Shown here one piece after another: positions 36,775 to 45,746 of a DNA stretch of 64,000 nucleotides. The stretch lies in IMG/VR virus record IMGVR_UViG_2974624538_000001, positions 46,771 through 110,770 of that record; one strand, written 5' to 3'. Source of the DNA: a virus (Duplodnaviria; Heunggongvirae; Uroviricota; Caudoviricetes). A model generated the notes under the pieces. The model was given only the letters and a program-made list of their open reading frames with translations. It did not search any database and was not told the origin of the DNA. Numbering within the stretch: position 1 is the first letter of the stretch; each line of letters opens with the position of its first letter. Both the position numbers and the translations under genes were made by a program.

Positions 36775-36933
36775 TTAAATGTGGTTCCTGATTCCCCCAG
36801 CATATCTGTTACTTGGAATTGCTGGGGGTTCTTGGGTTAACTTGTCATTTTGGTCTGGTCTACTGACACTATGTGTGGTAGGTTGGGTTAAGTCAAGCTA
36901 ACCACTGCGGGCTAGTCCCGCAAGCTTGGAGGT

Positions 36934-37206
36934 ATGATGGATTACGAAAAGATTATTGATGGATATAATGACCTTCGTGAGACATGTCTTGTCATCGCTA
37001 AGCTTAACGATGAGTTGATGGGTCCAGACAGATGGTTGAAGTTTGCCATCCAAGACTCAGACATCACGTTGATGTTTACAGAGCGAGGCGTTGTGTGCTA
37101 TGGTAGTGCTTACACGACACAGACGATGGACAACGAACACTTCAGTTTCATGATTCCGTTCGAGTATCTAGAGGAGTTTGAGGCAAATGCTAGAGATGGT
37201 GATTAA
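36934..37206 (+). CDS. hypothetical protein
   Basis: ORF after hairpin+AAGCTT+GGAGG. Confidence 0.45.
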   Translation: MMDYEKIIDGYNDLRETCLVIAKLNDELMGPDRWLKFAIQDSDITLMFTERGVVCYGSAYTTQTMDNEHFSFMIPFEYLEEFEANARDGD

Positions 37207-37606
37207 TCGGGGGATTCCCGGAAGCGGTAAGTCCACGTATGCTCGAAAGTGGGTCTTGACGCCTGGTACACGACGTGCTAGGGTTAATCGTGATGACATT
37301 CGGAAGCAGCTTTATGGAGTTGATTTCGGGGTTCCGATTGAAGAGACTGTAGTTACGGCAATTGAAGACCAGATGATTCACACTCTCCTTGCAGAGGGAG
37401 TCTCGGTTATCGTTGACGACTGCAATATTTCACAGAAGTACATCAACAGATTCACCAAAATTGCTGAGCAGTATGGTGCAGAGGTGAGTGTAAACCTCAT
37501 CAATGTTGACCTTCAGACAGCAATCAACAGGAATCAGGGCCGTGAGCGTTTTGTTCCTGTCCATGTGATTAAGCGGATGTACAAGCAACTTCAGGAGTCT
37601 CTGTGA
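37178..37606 (+). CDS. polynucleotide 5'-kinase (T4 Pnk kinase-domain-like P-loop kinase)
   Basis: GIPGSGKSTYARKW Walker A similar to the T4 Pnk N-terminus; 142 aa kinase domain only. Confidence 0.6.
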   Translation: MRQMLEMVINRGIPGSGKSTYARKWVLTPGTRRARVNRDDIRKQLYGVDFGVPIEETVVTAIEDQMIHTLLAEGVSVIVDDCNISQKYINRFTKIAEQYGAEVSVNLINVDLQTAINRNQGRERFVPVHVIKRMYKQLQESL

Positions 37607-37800
37607 TGTTTCTGGGCATTCTTGGCGCGCTGCTTGTAACATGGTTCCTTGCCGGGTTCTTCCTTGCAGGTATTTGGGCGGGAATGGCATCATCAATGTG
37701 GTATGATAGACTGACTGGATGGCTGGTTAGCTCTGGTTGCCTCGGTCTTTGGTACTGGATTGTAGGGACCCATATTAACTGGGGAGGTTTGATTAAGTGA
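37603..37800 (+). CDS. small membrane protein
   Basis: two TM helices. Confidence 0.4.
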   Translation: MMFLGILGALLVTWFLAGFFLAGIWAGMASSMWYDRLTGWLVSSGCLGLWYWIVGTHINWGGLIK

Positions 37801-38018
37801 ACATTCCTGAGGCGGATTACTTTGACAACATTGAAGTAATGCCACACGAAGAGGATTTCACAATGTGGAAGGTGGTTGGCGTCAGAGTTGATATTGACCA
37901 TGTTAAGATGACCACACTTAAGGAGTACATTGCCAACAAGCCTCTTGCGGAAGCGTTCGTAAGATGGTACACTGATAAGTATTGGTCGGACATGCTCGAT
38001 GGTGCACAAGATTGTTGA
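37797..38018 (+). CDS. hypothetical protein
   Basis: ORF. Confidence 0.4.
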   Translation: MNIPEADYFDNIEVMPHEEDFTMWKVVGVRVDIDHVKMTTLKEYIANKPLAEAFVRWYTDKYWSDMLDGAQDC

Positions 38019-38041
38019 GCAACTGCGGCTTCGGCCGCAAG

Positions 38042-38071
38042 CTTGACAACCACATTGGTTGTCTGTTAGTA
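38042..38071 (+). promoter_or_regulatory. sigma70-like promoter AAGCTTGACA-N18-TAGTAT with palindrome GACAACCA/TGGTTGTC over the -35
   Basis: about 17 nt upstream of tRNA-Leu(TAG). Confidence 0.5.
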
Positions 38072-38087
38072 TAGAATACATAATGCA

Positions 38088-38168
38088 AGCGCCCGTGGCG
38101 GAATTAGGCAGACGCGCTGGTCTTAGGAACCAGTCTTTCGGGGTGCAGGTTCGAGTCCTGTCGGGCGT
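38088..38168 (+). tRNA. tRNA-Leu(TAG)
   Basis: acceptor GCGCCCG/CGGGCGT, anticodon arm CTGGT-CTTAGGA-ACCAG, long variable arm, T GCAGG-TTCGAGT-CCTGT. Confidence 0.7.
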
Positions 38169-38198
38169 ACTTTATCGTTAATTACAAAGGGGAATGTA

Positions 38199-38369
38199 AT
38201 GGGTTACACGCGAGTCCGCAAGGGTGACAATGTTTTTGTCCAGAAGGGTCCGGACAAGGGCAAGAAGTTGAAGGTCACGGAAGAGGGCAAGGGTATGAAC
38301 CGGGATTACATCAAGTTGTCGAATGGTGAGTGGTATCACCAGGACATGGTTTCCGGCACTGGGATGTAA
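38199..38369 (+). CDS. small KOW-like protein (56 aa)
   Basis: KGDNVFVQKGPDKGKK... strongly KOW/L24-like. Confidence 0.4.
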   Translation: MGYTRVRKGDNVFVQKGPDKGKKLKVTEEGKGMNRDYIKLSNGEWYHQDMVSGTGM

Positions 38370-38409
38370 AAAATGGCGGGGTTCGCCCCGCCAAGCTTAG
38401 GAGGTCATA

Positions 38410-38601
38410 ATGGCTAAGAGACCAAGAATGAATTCTCCTGTTAGAATCACAAAACCAAATAACGCAATCAACAGGAGATACAAGAACGAACTTGGTATCA
38501 TTTTTGATATCAAGACAGAAGGACGAAATACTTATTATATGGTTCGTCTAAATGGAGGTCACGAAATCTCAGTTGATAAGAGCGAGATTACGGTGCTATG
38601 A
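38410..38601 (+). CDS. small KOW-like protein
   Basis: ORF after hairpin+AAGCTT+AGGAGG. Confidence 0.45.
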   Translation: MAKRPRMNSPVRITKPNNAINRRYKNELGIIFDIKTEGRNTYYMVRLNGGHEISVDKSEITVL

Positions 38602-38789
38602 AACTACCACATTATATCAGTAGAAAGTCATGGTCACAGGGTGACCGAGTGGTTGTCGCAGTTGGACAGTACAAGGGCAAACATGGTACGGTGAAGCTAT
38701 TCGCCACGAAGCACAACTACTTGGTGCTTCTTGATGGTGAAGAGAGACCAAGACAGTTTCACAAAGGTGCACTAGACCCAGAGAAGTAG
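38598..38789 (+). CDS. small KOW-like protein
   Basis: GDRVVVAVGQYKGKHGTV. Confidence 0.45.
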   Translation: MKLPHYISRKSWSQGDRVVVAVGQYKGKHGTVKLFATKHNYLVLLDGEERPRQFHKGALDPEK

Positions 38790-38985
38790 GAGATTAAAAT
38801 GGGCAGAGGCGGAATGAGTCCAGTTCCACCATCAGCTAAGTACGCCGTTAAGTGTGATAAGTCAAACACTGGTAAGCATAAGCCACAGACTTACGAAGGT
38901 AAGTTTGATGGAAAGCCTATCAAGTGGAAGGCTTGCACAGAGTGCGGTTTTACGCTAAAGTAATACCAAGGCCCTTCGGGGTCAC

Positions 38986-39057
38986 GCCGGGTTAGCTCAG
39001 TGGGAGAGCGTCTGCCTTACAAGCAGAGGGCCGGGGGTTCGAATCCCTCACCCGGTA
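38986..39057 (+). tRNA. tRNA-Val(TAC)
   Basis: acceptor GCCGGGT/ACCCGGT, D GCTC-AGTGGGA-GAGC, anticodon arm TCTGC-CTTACAA-GCAGA. Confidence 0.7.
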
Positions 39058-39181
39058 CACTATTCTCTTGAAGTGCCAGCATTAGCAGAGAGAAGGCCAT
39101 TGGCGTCTGGCAGCGCTCGAATGGTACCCTGTGGGTAGTAACCACTTGGGAGGGGTTGAGCCTAGGGCTATCTCCCAACAT

Positions 39182-39266
39182 GGCCGCATGGCGGAATTTG
39201 GCATACGCGATAGTCTCAAAAACTATTGTCCGAAAGGAATTGAGGGTTCAAGTCCCTCTGCGGCTA
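39182..39266 (+). tRNA. tRNA-Leu(CAA)
   Basis: acceptor GGCCGCA/TGCGGCT, anticodon arm ATAGT-CTCAAAA-ACTAT, long variable arm, T GAGGG-TTCAAGT-CCCTC. Confidence 0.7.
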
Positions 39267-39290
39267 CTTCCCGAAACAAAAAGGAGAACA

Positions 39291-39506
39291 ATGATGCAGT
39301 TTACTCAGGTTGACGAAGATGCTTTTGATGTTCGTGTGAATCTCAACACGATTTCACGAATTGGTGAGGCTTTTGATGCTCTTGTCGGTTCTGGAAACGC
39401 AGACGAGCGCGATGAAGTTCTTCGTAGGTCTTTCAATGGCGCTTATGCCAAGTTGACTCAGTCTGACGCTGAAGAGGTTGAAGAGGCTGATTCCGGTCTT
39501 GAGTGA
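39291..39506 (+). CDS. hypothetical acidic protein
   Basis: ATG with AAAAGGAGAA RBS downstream of tRNA-Leu; the longer 39156 ORF overlaps the tRNA. Confidence 0.45.
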   Translation: MMQFTQVDEDAFDVRVNLNTISRIGEAFDALVGSGNADERDEVLRRSFNGAYAKLTQSDAEEVEEADSGLE

Positions 39507-39553
39507 CCCTGCGGCCCTTCGGGGCCGCTAGCTTTTTGAGAGAGGGTGGAAAA

Positions 39554-39778
39554 ATGTCCAAGTGGATTCAGCCGGGACACCGGATTATGGACAAGGCGTA
39601 TTTGCGCCACGGCCGAGTGACATACACTGGCGAACAACTTGTGCTAGCATTGCTGCTACACACCAAGGGTCGAACCAAGCGAGGCTCAGGAGAGCTTGAG
39701 CAGGTAGCTAAGATGCTTGATGACCCGAATGTAAATCGAAAGAGGAAGAACCCCCGTAGGAAGCCTAAGGCAGCCTGA
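39554..39778 (+). CDS. hypothetical basic protein
   Basis: RBS GAGAGGGTGG; internal ATG of the 39503 ORF. Confidence 0.4.
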   Translation: MSKWIQPGHRIMDKAYLRHGRVTYTGEQLVLALLLHTKGRTKRGSGELEQVAKMLDDPNVNRKRKNPRRKPKAA

Positions 39779-39806
39779 CGGGGGTTTCCCGTTTAAGGAG
39801 ATAATC

Positions 39807-40160
39807 ATGGCACAAATCATTATCAACCGTTCAGATTCTAGATGTGGTAATTGTGGTAAGCCAGCCTTTATGGAAGAGAATGGGCATTACACAATTGCTG
39901 GTTACAAGGACAACGGAAAGCCGGGTTGCGGAGAGAGCTGGGATAGTGTAGGCTCTGACTATCTCGACATTCCTGAGATGGTTGCTTCCAGTGACCAGGG
40001 TTACTGGTTTGCAGACAATTTGCGGGGGCTTCCCGTTTATGATGCAGCACATACAGAGTCGATTGGAGTTTACGGTGGCCCGTCAAGAAAGAATGCGGAA
40101 GTGTCAGCGCTGCGGCGTCAGGCGGATATCTCCGTTTCTAGAGACGACAATTTGCGGTGA
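39807..40160 (+). CDS. hypothetical protein (CxxC pairs)
   Basis: ORF with AAGGAGA RBS. Confidence 0.45.
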   Translation: MAQIIINRSDSRCGNCGKPAFMEENGHYTIAGYKDNGKPGCGESWDSVGSDYLDIPEMVASSDQGYWFADNLRGLPVYDAAHTESIGVYGGPSRKNAEVSALRRQADISVSRDDNLR

Positions 40161-40337
40161 ATGCAAGGCACTCGATATCATTGGAGAGATAAGAAATGGC
40201 GGATTGGTACAGGGACCACAATGTGAGTCCGGAAGCAGTGAGTGACGAAGAGTATCGTGACTGGCTTGCTGTGAACGTAGGGGTTGAAGAGGCAGAGCGC
40301 TTCTGGTATGGTGTTGAAGACGCAGAGTTTCTAGGGG

Positions 40338-40577
40338 ATGATGATGGCTGGACTTCCTAAGAAGATGTATTACGTGCTTATCAAGCCTGGCGGTAAGCCT
40401 CTCGGGTATGGTAAAAAGGGTGGTGGAACATACACCATCGAGAAGAACGCACGTGGGCAGTATGAGCATCTGAAGTCTCAGGGATGCAAGGTTGAGCTTT
40501 ACACTACTGAAGTTAGCTGGAGCATGCTAGAGTCTAATGTAAACGACCCAATCGAAGGGCAGGAACCACTATGGTAA
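40338..40577 (+). CDS. hypothetical protein
   Basis: ORF. Confidence 0.4.
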   Translation: MMMAGLPKKMYYVLIKPGGKPLGYGKKGGGTYTIEKNARGQYEHLKSQGCKVELYTTEVSWSMLESNVNDPIEGQEPLW

Positions 40578-41059
40578 TGTATGTCAAGGGTGACGCTACT
40601 AAGCCTCAGGGTGATGGTAAGAAGATTATCGCCCATGTTTGTAATGATGAGGGCGGATGGGGAGCAGGATTTGTTCTCGCTCTTGATAGGATGTCACCGT
40701 TGCCGCGCATTTCTTATCTCCAGGAATACAAGTATTGGACCAAGAATGAGGGTCTGACTTTCATCCCTCTTGGCCTGATTCAGGTTGTTAGCGCTGGACA
40801 TGCAAATCCTGATGTTGAGGTTTGCAACATGATTGCTCAGCACCGAACAATTCGAAATGTTCCAAAGCCTATTTGTTACAAGTCTCTTGAGGTTGCTCTC
40901 ACCCGACTTGCTGAGGAGGCTATTGAAAAGAATGCTACGGTTCATATGCCTCGTATCGGTTGCGGACTTGCGGGTGGCGACTGGAACGTGGTAGAGTCAA
41001 TCATCAACCGAACGCTAACGCTGAGGGATGTTGACGTGACTGTGTATGACCTGCCGTAA
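40571..41059 (+). CDS. Macro domain protein (ADP-ribose binding/hydrolase)
   Basis: IAHVCNDEGGWGAGFVLAL and HMPRIGCGLAGGDW macro-domain signatures. Confidence 0.7.
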   Translation: MVMYVKGDATKPQGDGKKIIAHVCNDEGGWGAGFVLALDRMSPLPRISYLQEYKYWTKNEGLTFIPLGLIQVVSAGHANPDVEVCNMIAQHRTIRNVPKPICYKSLEVALTRLAEEAIEKNATVHMPRIGCGLAGGDWNVVESIINRTLTLRDVDVTVYDLP

Positions 41060-41122
41060 TTCGGCCGGGGTTCGTAAAGAACCCCAAGCTTCATTGGTTC
41101 GTAAACAAAGGAGAAATAACCA

Positions 41123-43048
41123 ATGCGACCTAATGCAAATGTGGCTGAGCGCAAGGGTGACCTTGGTGGCCAGAAGATTGCAATGACGTTTGACCAGAAC
41201 AGTCTAGCTCATCTTATGAATGTCATGACCGACCTTTATGCCGATGCCGAGCTTGCGGTAATTCGTGAGTACAGCACTAATGCATGGGATTCGCACAAGG
41301 CGGCGGGCATTAATAAGCCTATTGAGGTTACGCTTCCTAATGGACTTTCACCTTACTTCAAGGTGAAGGATTATGGTCTGGGAATGGATATTGACGATAT
41401 TGAGAACATCTATTCTCAGTATGGTGCTTCTACCAAGCGTGACACTGATGACCAAGTTGGTATGCTTGGTCTGGGATGTAAGTCTGCACTCTCTTATACC
41501 CAGCAATTTAACGTTGTGGCCGTGAAGAATGGTCACAAGTACAATGTTGCTGTGAGTAGGACTGAGAATGGTTCTGGTGTTATGGAGATTGTTCTTGACA
41601 CTGAGACCGATGAGCCTAATGGCGTGGAAATCATTGTCCCTGCTAAGCGTGGAAACATGTTTGAGCAGAAGGCTAAGGAGTTTTACCAGTTCTGGGAGCG
41701 CGGAAGTGTTCTTGTTAATGGTGAAGAGCCTGATTACATTTCCGGCCGGGAGGTGAAGGATGGACTTCTTATGGTTCCCGAGCTGTCCAAGGATTACCTG
41801 ATTATGGGTAACGTTGGATATCCTCTCGATGACCGACACCAGATTGGTAATCGCACCTATTACTCTCGATATGGTGTTGTTGCTCGTGTTGAGATTGGTG
41901 ATGTCAACTTTACGCCTTCTCGTGAGTCTCTGCACTACACGAAGAAGACTGAGGCTACTATCAATCGAATCCGTGAGGAATTCAAGACGGGGCTCGATGG
42001 AATTGTTGAGCGTGATGTTACTGCCTGTGCAACTCAGGAAGAGGCTCTTAACACTTATCTTGAGTGGTACAATCTTCTTGGCGGCGGATACAATCGATAC
42101 CCGTTTGCTGATGTTGAATACCAGGGCAAGAAGGTTCCTCTGCGAATTGAGCACCCCTTCCTTGTGTATAAGGTGAATCACACGCGATATGCAGTTGATT
42201 CTCACAACTTCATTGACATCAAGACTGCGCGCGATACCCCTATCATTTATGGGTTCGCTGGTGAAAAGATTAGCGGCCATCAGCGAGAGAAGATGCGTAC
42301 ATGGCGCACTCTCAATGGATTCACTTCCAACAACATTCTTATCTGTGATGAACTGCCGGATGTTCTTGAAGAGGATTGGATTCCTGAGAGCAAGGTCTAC
42401 TCTTGGGATGACGTAAAGACTGCTAAGGCTCCAGGCCAGAAGTCTGGTCGGCCCGCTGCTCTGTATGACGTTTATCTGCCGGGTGCCACTCGCATCAAGC
42501 AAATCAAGGCTGACGAATTTCCTGAGGATGTGGAAATTGCTCTGGTGGCTCCGAGGGACCTGCCTAACTTCCGTACCGTTAAGGCTTTCCTTGAGGAGAA
42601 GGACAATGTTATGATTGTTCGACTTCAGCAGTACCGTTGGGAAAAGTTCCGCAGGAGTTACCCTGATGCAAAGGACCTTACTTCCTTCTTCAAGGAAATG
42701 TATGAGTCTGCCGTTAATGGTCTGACTGAGGATGACAAGTTCAACCTTGGCCTTGACTACCGGGTGCGAAGTCTGCTACAGTCTCTTAATGAGAAGGAAA
42801 TTGCAGACCCGGAGCTGGTAACGGCAATCATCGCTGCAAAGGAGGTCAAGCCTAGCGATACTCTCAAGCGATATGAGCAAATGAAGGAGCTGTATGGCAA
42901 CTTCCACTTTGCCCGCTATGGCCAGAGGGAAGTCGAGAGGGTCAATCCTCTTGAGAAGTATGTTCTTCTCAAGTATCATTACTACGACATGGACATTGAG
43001 CACGCAACGGTTTACATCAATGCGGCTTACGAGAAGTTCGTAAAGTAA
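41123..43048 (+). CDS. GHKL-family ATPase domain protein (possibly rIIA-like)
   Basis: N-terminal Bergerat-fold motifs (EYSTNAWDS N-box, DYGLGMD G1, GMLGLGCKSAL G2); 641 aa. Confidence 0.45.
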   Translation: MRPNANVAERKGDLGGQKIAMTFDQNSLAHLMNVMTDLYADAELAVIREYSTNAWDSHKAAGINKPIEVTLPNGLSPYFKVKDYGLGMDIDDIENIYSQYGASTKRDTDDQVGMLGLGCKSALSYTQQFNVVAVKNGHKYNVAVSRTENGSGVMEIVLDTETDEPNGVEIIVPAKRGNMFEQKAKEFYQFWERGSVLVNGEEPDYISGREVKDGLLMVPELSKDYLIMGNVGYPLDDRHQIGNRTYYSRYGVVARVEIGDVNFTPSRESLHYTKKTEATINRIREEFKTGLDGIVERDVTACATQEEALNTYLEWYNLLGGGYNRYPFADVEYQGKKVPLRIEHPFLVYKVNHTRYAVDSHNFIDIKTARDTPIIYGFAGEKISGHQREKMRTWRTLNGFTSNNILICDELPDVLEEDWIPESKVYSWDDVKTAKAPGQKSGRPAALYDVYLPGATRIKQIKADEFPEDVEIALVAPRDLPNFRTVKAFLEEKDNVMIVRLQQYRWEKFRRSYPDAKDLTSFFKEMYESAVNGLTEDDKFNLGLDYRVRSLLQSLNEKEIADPELVTAIIAAKEVKPSDTLKRYEQMKELYGNFHFARYGQREVERVNPLEKYVLLKYHYYDMDIEHATVYINAAYEKFVK

Positions 43049-43109
43049 TTGATACGCTCCCGAAAGGGAGCAAGCTCCGGAAAACTAATCTAATATTAGG
43101 AGAAAATAA

Positions 43110-44117
43110 ATGAAGTATAATCTTGTCCAGATGGAAGATGGCGGAGAGGCTAACCTTACCGTCGTTCATGATGGAGAGATGTACGTTGCAACGGATACTC
43201 ACCCGAATTTCGCGCGAATTGTCGCCGGTCTTGCTACGGGTGATGAGAGTGTAGTTGAACTGTTTGATGTTCAGAAGACTGCACAGAAGCGTTTCGAGCG
43301 CCTTTCTGAGCGGGTTACTGTTTCAAACGGCAAGGTCTATCTCGATGGTGAAGAGGTGGATAACGCTCTCACTCAGCAGGTTATCAACTTTATCAATGCT
43401 GGTGTTGAGGACTTCAAGCCCCTCATCAACTTCTTTGAGAAGGTTGAGACTAACCCTAACCCTCACAGTCGAGTTCAGCTCTATTCTTGGCTTCGTGACC
43501 GTAACATCACCCTGACTGAGGATGGCAATTTCATTGCCTACAAGGGTGTTCGTGTTGAGAATGACGAGTATTTCAGCATTTCCACTGGAAAGGCTATTTC
43601 GAATGGCGTCGAGTATGATGGTGCTATTCCTAACCCTCTCGGTGCTGTGGTTGAGATGCCTCGTTCTGAGGTTCAGCATGACCCTAGTGTTGGCTGTCAC
43701 ACTGGTCTGCACGCTGGTACGTGGAATTACGCTCGTGATTTTGCGCGGGGTGCGGTTCTGACTGTTGAGATTAATCCGCGTGACGTGGTTTCCGTTCCTA
43801 CGGACTGTGATGCTCAGAAGTTGCGTGTCTGTCGATACGTGGTTAAGGATGTGACGGAGGTTGAGCTTGACACCCCTGTCTACCCTAAGTACGATGACTA
43901 CAGTGTTGACGAGTACGATGACCTTGGTTATGACGACTACGATGATGATGAGGATGTTGACACCGACACCCCTACTCATGTAGAGTCTGAGGAAGAGAAG
44001 GAGGCCACCGAGTCTACGGGCGTGGTGACTGCTGATGTCTCTAGTGCAATTACTTGGCGTCCTGTAGAGTCCCACTGGGCTCCAGAGGACCCGGATGCAC
44101 CTTGGAACCGAGTCTAA
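43110..44117 (+). CDS. hypothetical protein with acidic C-terminal tail (possible rIIB-like partner)
   Basis: gene order after the GHKL ATPase; DDYDDDEDVD tail; no motifs recognised. Confidence 0.35.
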   Translation: MKYNLVQMEDGGEANLTVVHDGEMYVATDTHPNFARIVAGLATGDESVVELFDVQKTAQKRFERLSERVTVSNGKVYLDGEEVDNALTQQVINFINAGVEDFKPLINFFEKVETNPNPHSRVQLYSWLRDRNITLTEDGNFIAYKGVRVENDEYFSISTGKAISNGVEYDGAIPNPLGAVVEMPRSEVQHDPSVGCHTGLHAGTWNYARDFARGAVLTVEINPRDVVSVPTDCDAQKLRVCRYVVKDVTEVELDTPVYPKYDDYSVDEYDDLGYDDYDDDEDVDTDTPTHVESEEEKEATESTGVVTADVSSAITWRPVESHWAPEDPDAPWNRV

Positions 44118-44159
44118 TCGGTTCGGCCCTTCGGGGCCAAGCTTATTAAGGAGGAACAA

Positions 44160-44316
44160 TGACGGTTGCAGAATTGATTGCGAAGTTGCAGACGTATCAC
44201 AACCAGGATGCTAAGGTTAAGGTTCTTGTTGATGACGGATGTGGTTGTTGTTCAAGTGGGGGAACCTACGAGGACATTGATGTTGATGTAGTTGATGGAG
44301 AAATCCGGATTTCATG
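44160..44316 (+). CDS. hypothetical small protein (51 aa)
   Basis: TAAGGAGG RBS after hairpin+AAGCTT. Confidence 0.35.
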
Positions 44317-44363
44317 ATACACTAGCCTCTACGGAGGCAAGCTTCCTAACGAAAGGAGAAATA

Positions 44364-45143
44364 ATGTCCAAGATTATGGTCCTCGGTGATGTTCATGGAG
44401 AGACAAAGTGGCTGGTCAATATGATTAACAAGGCGAGTCGAATGGGCGTGAAGAAGATTCTCCAGGTTGGAGATTTCGGAATCTGGACCCATGAGGCTGA
44501 GGGTCACCGGTTTCTCGACCGTGCCAATGAGGAGCTTCGTAAGAATGGCATTAAGCTCTATTTCGTTGGCGGTAATCACGAGAACTGGGACCACCTGAAT
44601 TGGCACGAGAAGAATGGTGCCAAGGATTGGAATGGTCACACCTTTATTCGGTCTCACATTCTTTACACGGGCCGGGTGAATCGGTGGACTTGGGGCGAGA
44701 AGGGTTCTGAGAAGGTTTTTCAGGCCGTTGGTGGGGCTTATTCAATTGACCGTCGTCGGCGGGTTGTTGGAAAGACTCTCTGGCTTGATGAGGAGATTCC
44801 GGACCGTGTTGTTTATGGTCTGGAGAAGGCAAACAGGAAGTGTGACTATCTATTCACGCATGATGGCCCTACCTGCCTTCCTTACGCTAATCTGAAGCCT
44901 GATGTTGATTCTCAGATTCATCGTCAGAAGATGGACCGGATTGGCCAGGCTACTCGACCCAATCTGTGGTTCCACGGTCATTACCACAAGTGGATGGAGT
45001 ATACCTTTAACCACACTCAGCACACAGACTACGCCTTTGTGTATGGTCTTGACCGGGATTACCAGTTCTACAGTTACGTCATTCTCGACACTGAGACTGA
45101 CGATATTGAGACTGCTACTGGTAAGATTATCCAGCACGGATGA
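44364..45143 (+). CDS. calcineurin-like metallophosphatase (Ser/Thr phosphatase family)
   Basis: GDVHG, GDFG and GNHE motifs. Confidence 0.7.
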   Translation: MSKIMVLGDVHGETKWLVNMINKASRMGVKKILQVGDFGIWTHEAEGHRFLDRANEELRKNGIKLYFVGGNHENWDHLNWHEKNGAKDWNGHTFIRSHILYTGRVNRWTWGEKGSEKVFQAVGGAYSIDRRRRVVGKTLWLDEEIPDRVVYGLEKANRKCDYLFTHDGPTCLPYANLKPDVDSQIHRQKMDRIGQATRPNLWFHGHYHKWMEYTFNHTQHTDYAFVYGLDRDYQFYSYVILDTETDDIETATGKIIQHG

Positions 45144-45231
45144 GCATTTGCCATTTGAAAACATTTCCAATACAATGAAATGTATGGAGGTTTTATACCT
45201 CCGACAGATTTTGAGGAGGTGTACATACCAA

Positions 45232-45669
45232 ATGGCAAATGAGAATGAGAACGAGTCTCGTATCCTTTCTGACAAGGAGCGTGCGGCTGCCCTAAAGGAA
45301 GCTGATGCTCGTGCTGCAAAGAAGGACTACAATCCTACTACAGCTCAGGATGCTGTAGCCCCACATGGTCCACATGGAGTTGAGGAGGCTGCTGCTAAGC
45401 GCGCTAAGGATGCTGGAGTCACTGACCCTGCGTTCGTTAATTACGCTGAGGCTCTAGAGAATTACCAGGCCCGTCCAGACGTTGAGCCACTTGATGAGCG
45501 TCGCGCTCGTGAGGGTGGGCGTGATTTCCAGGCTGCGTCTTTCCGTCGTGAAATCGGTGGTACTGACAATTCTGGAGTTACCACTTCTGAGGACGTTTCT
45601 ACTGGAGCGGCTGAGGATAACAAGGACAACAACAAGACTGTTGGTGCCCGTAAGCCTTCAGCTAAGTAA
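45232..45669 (+). CDS. hypothetical low-complexity acidic protein
   Basis: in-frame ATG with GAGGAGG RBS inside the 44902 ORF. Confidence 0.4.
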   Translation: MANENENESRILSDKERAAALKEADARAAKKDYNPTTAQDAVAPHGPHGVEEAAAKRAKDAGVTDPAFVNYAEALENYQARPDVEPLDERRAREGGRDFQAASFRREIGGTDNSGVTTSEDVSTGAAEDNKDNNKTVGARKPSAK

Positions 45670-45689
45670 GGTTCATGCTTTTAGTGAAA

Positions 45690-45727
45690 ACCCGGTGTTG
45701 ACAAAGCACCGGGTTTTTGCATATAAT
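45690..45727 (+). promoter_or_regulatory. terminator hairpin with embedded sigma70 promoter (TTGACA in loop - N18 - TATAAT)
   Basis: AAAACCCGGTG-TTGACAAAG-CACCGGGTTTTTGC followed by TATAAT at 45722-45727. Confidence 0.55.
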
Positions 45728-45746
45728 GATAAGCCAAGGAGGGAAC

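Noticed and set aside
41348-44159. 384-aa and 278-aa minus-strand ORFs
   Set aside because: They are antisense to the GHKL ATPase and the following + strand ORF. The whole window is otherwise co-directional on +.
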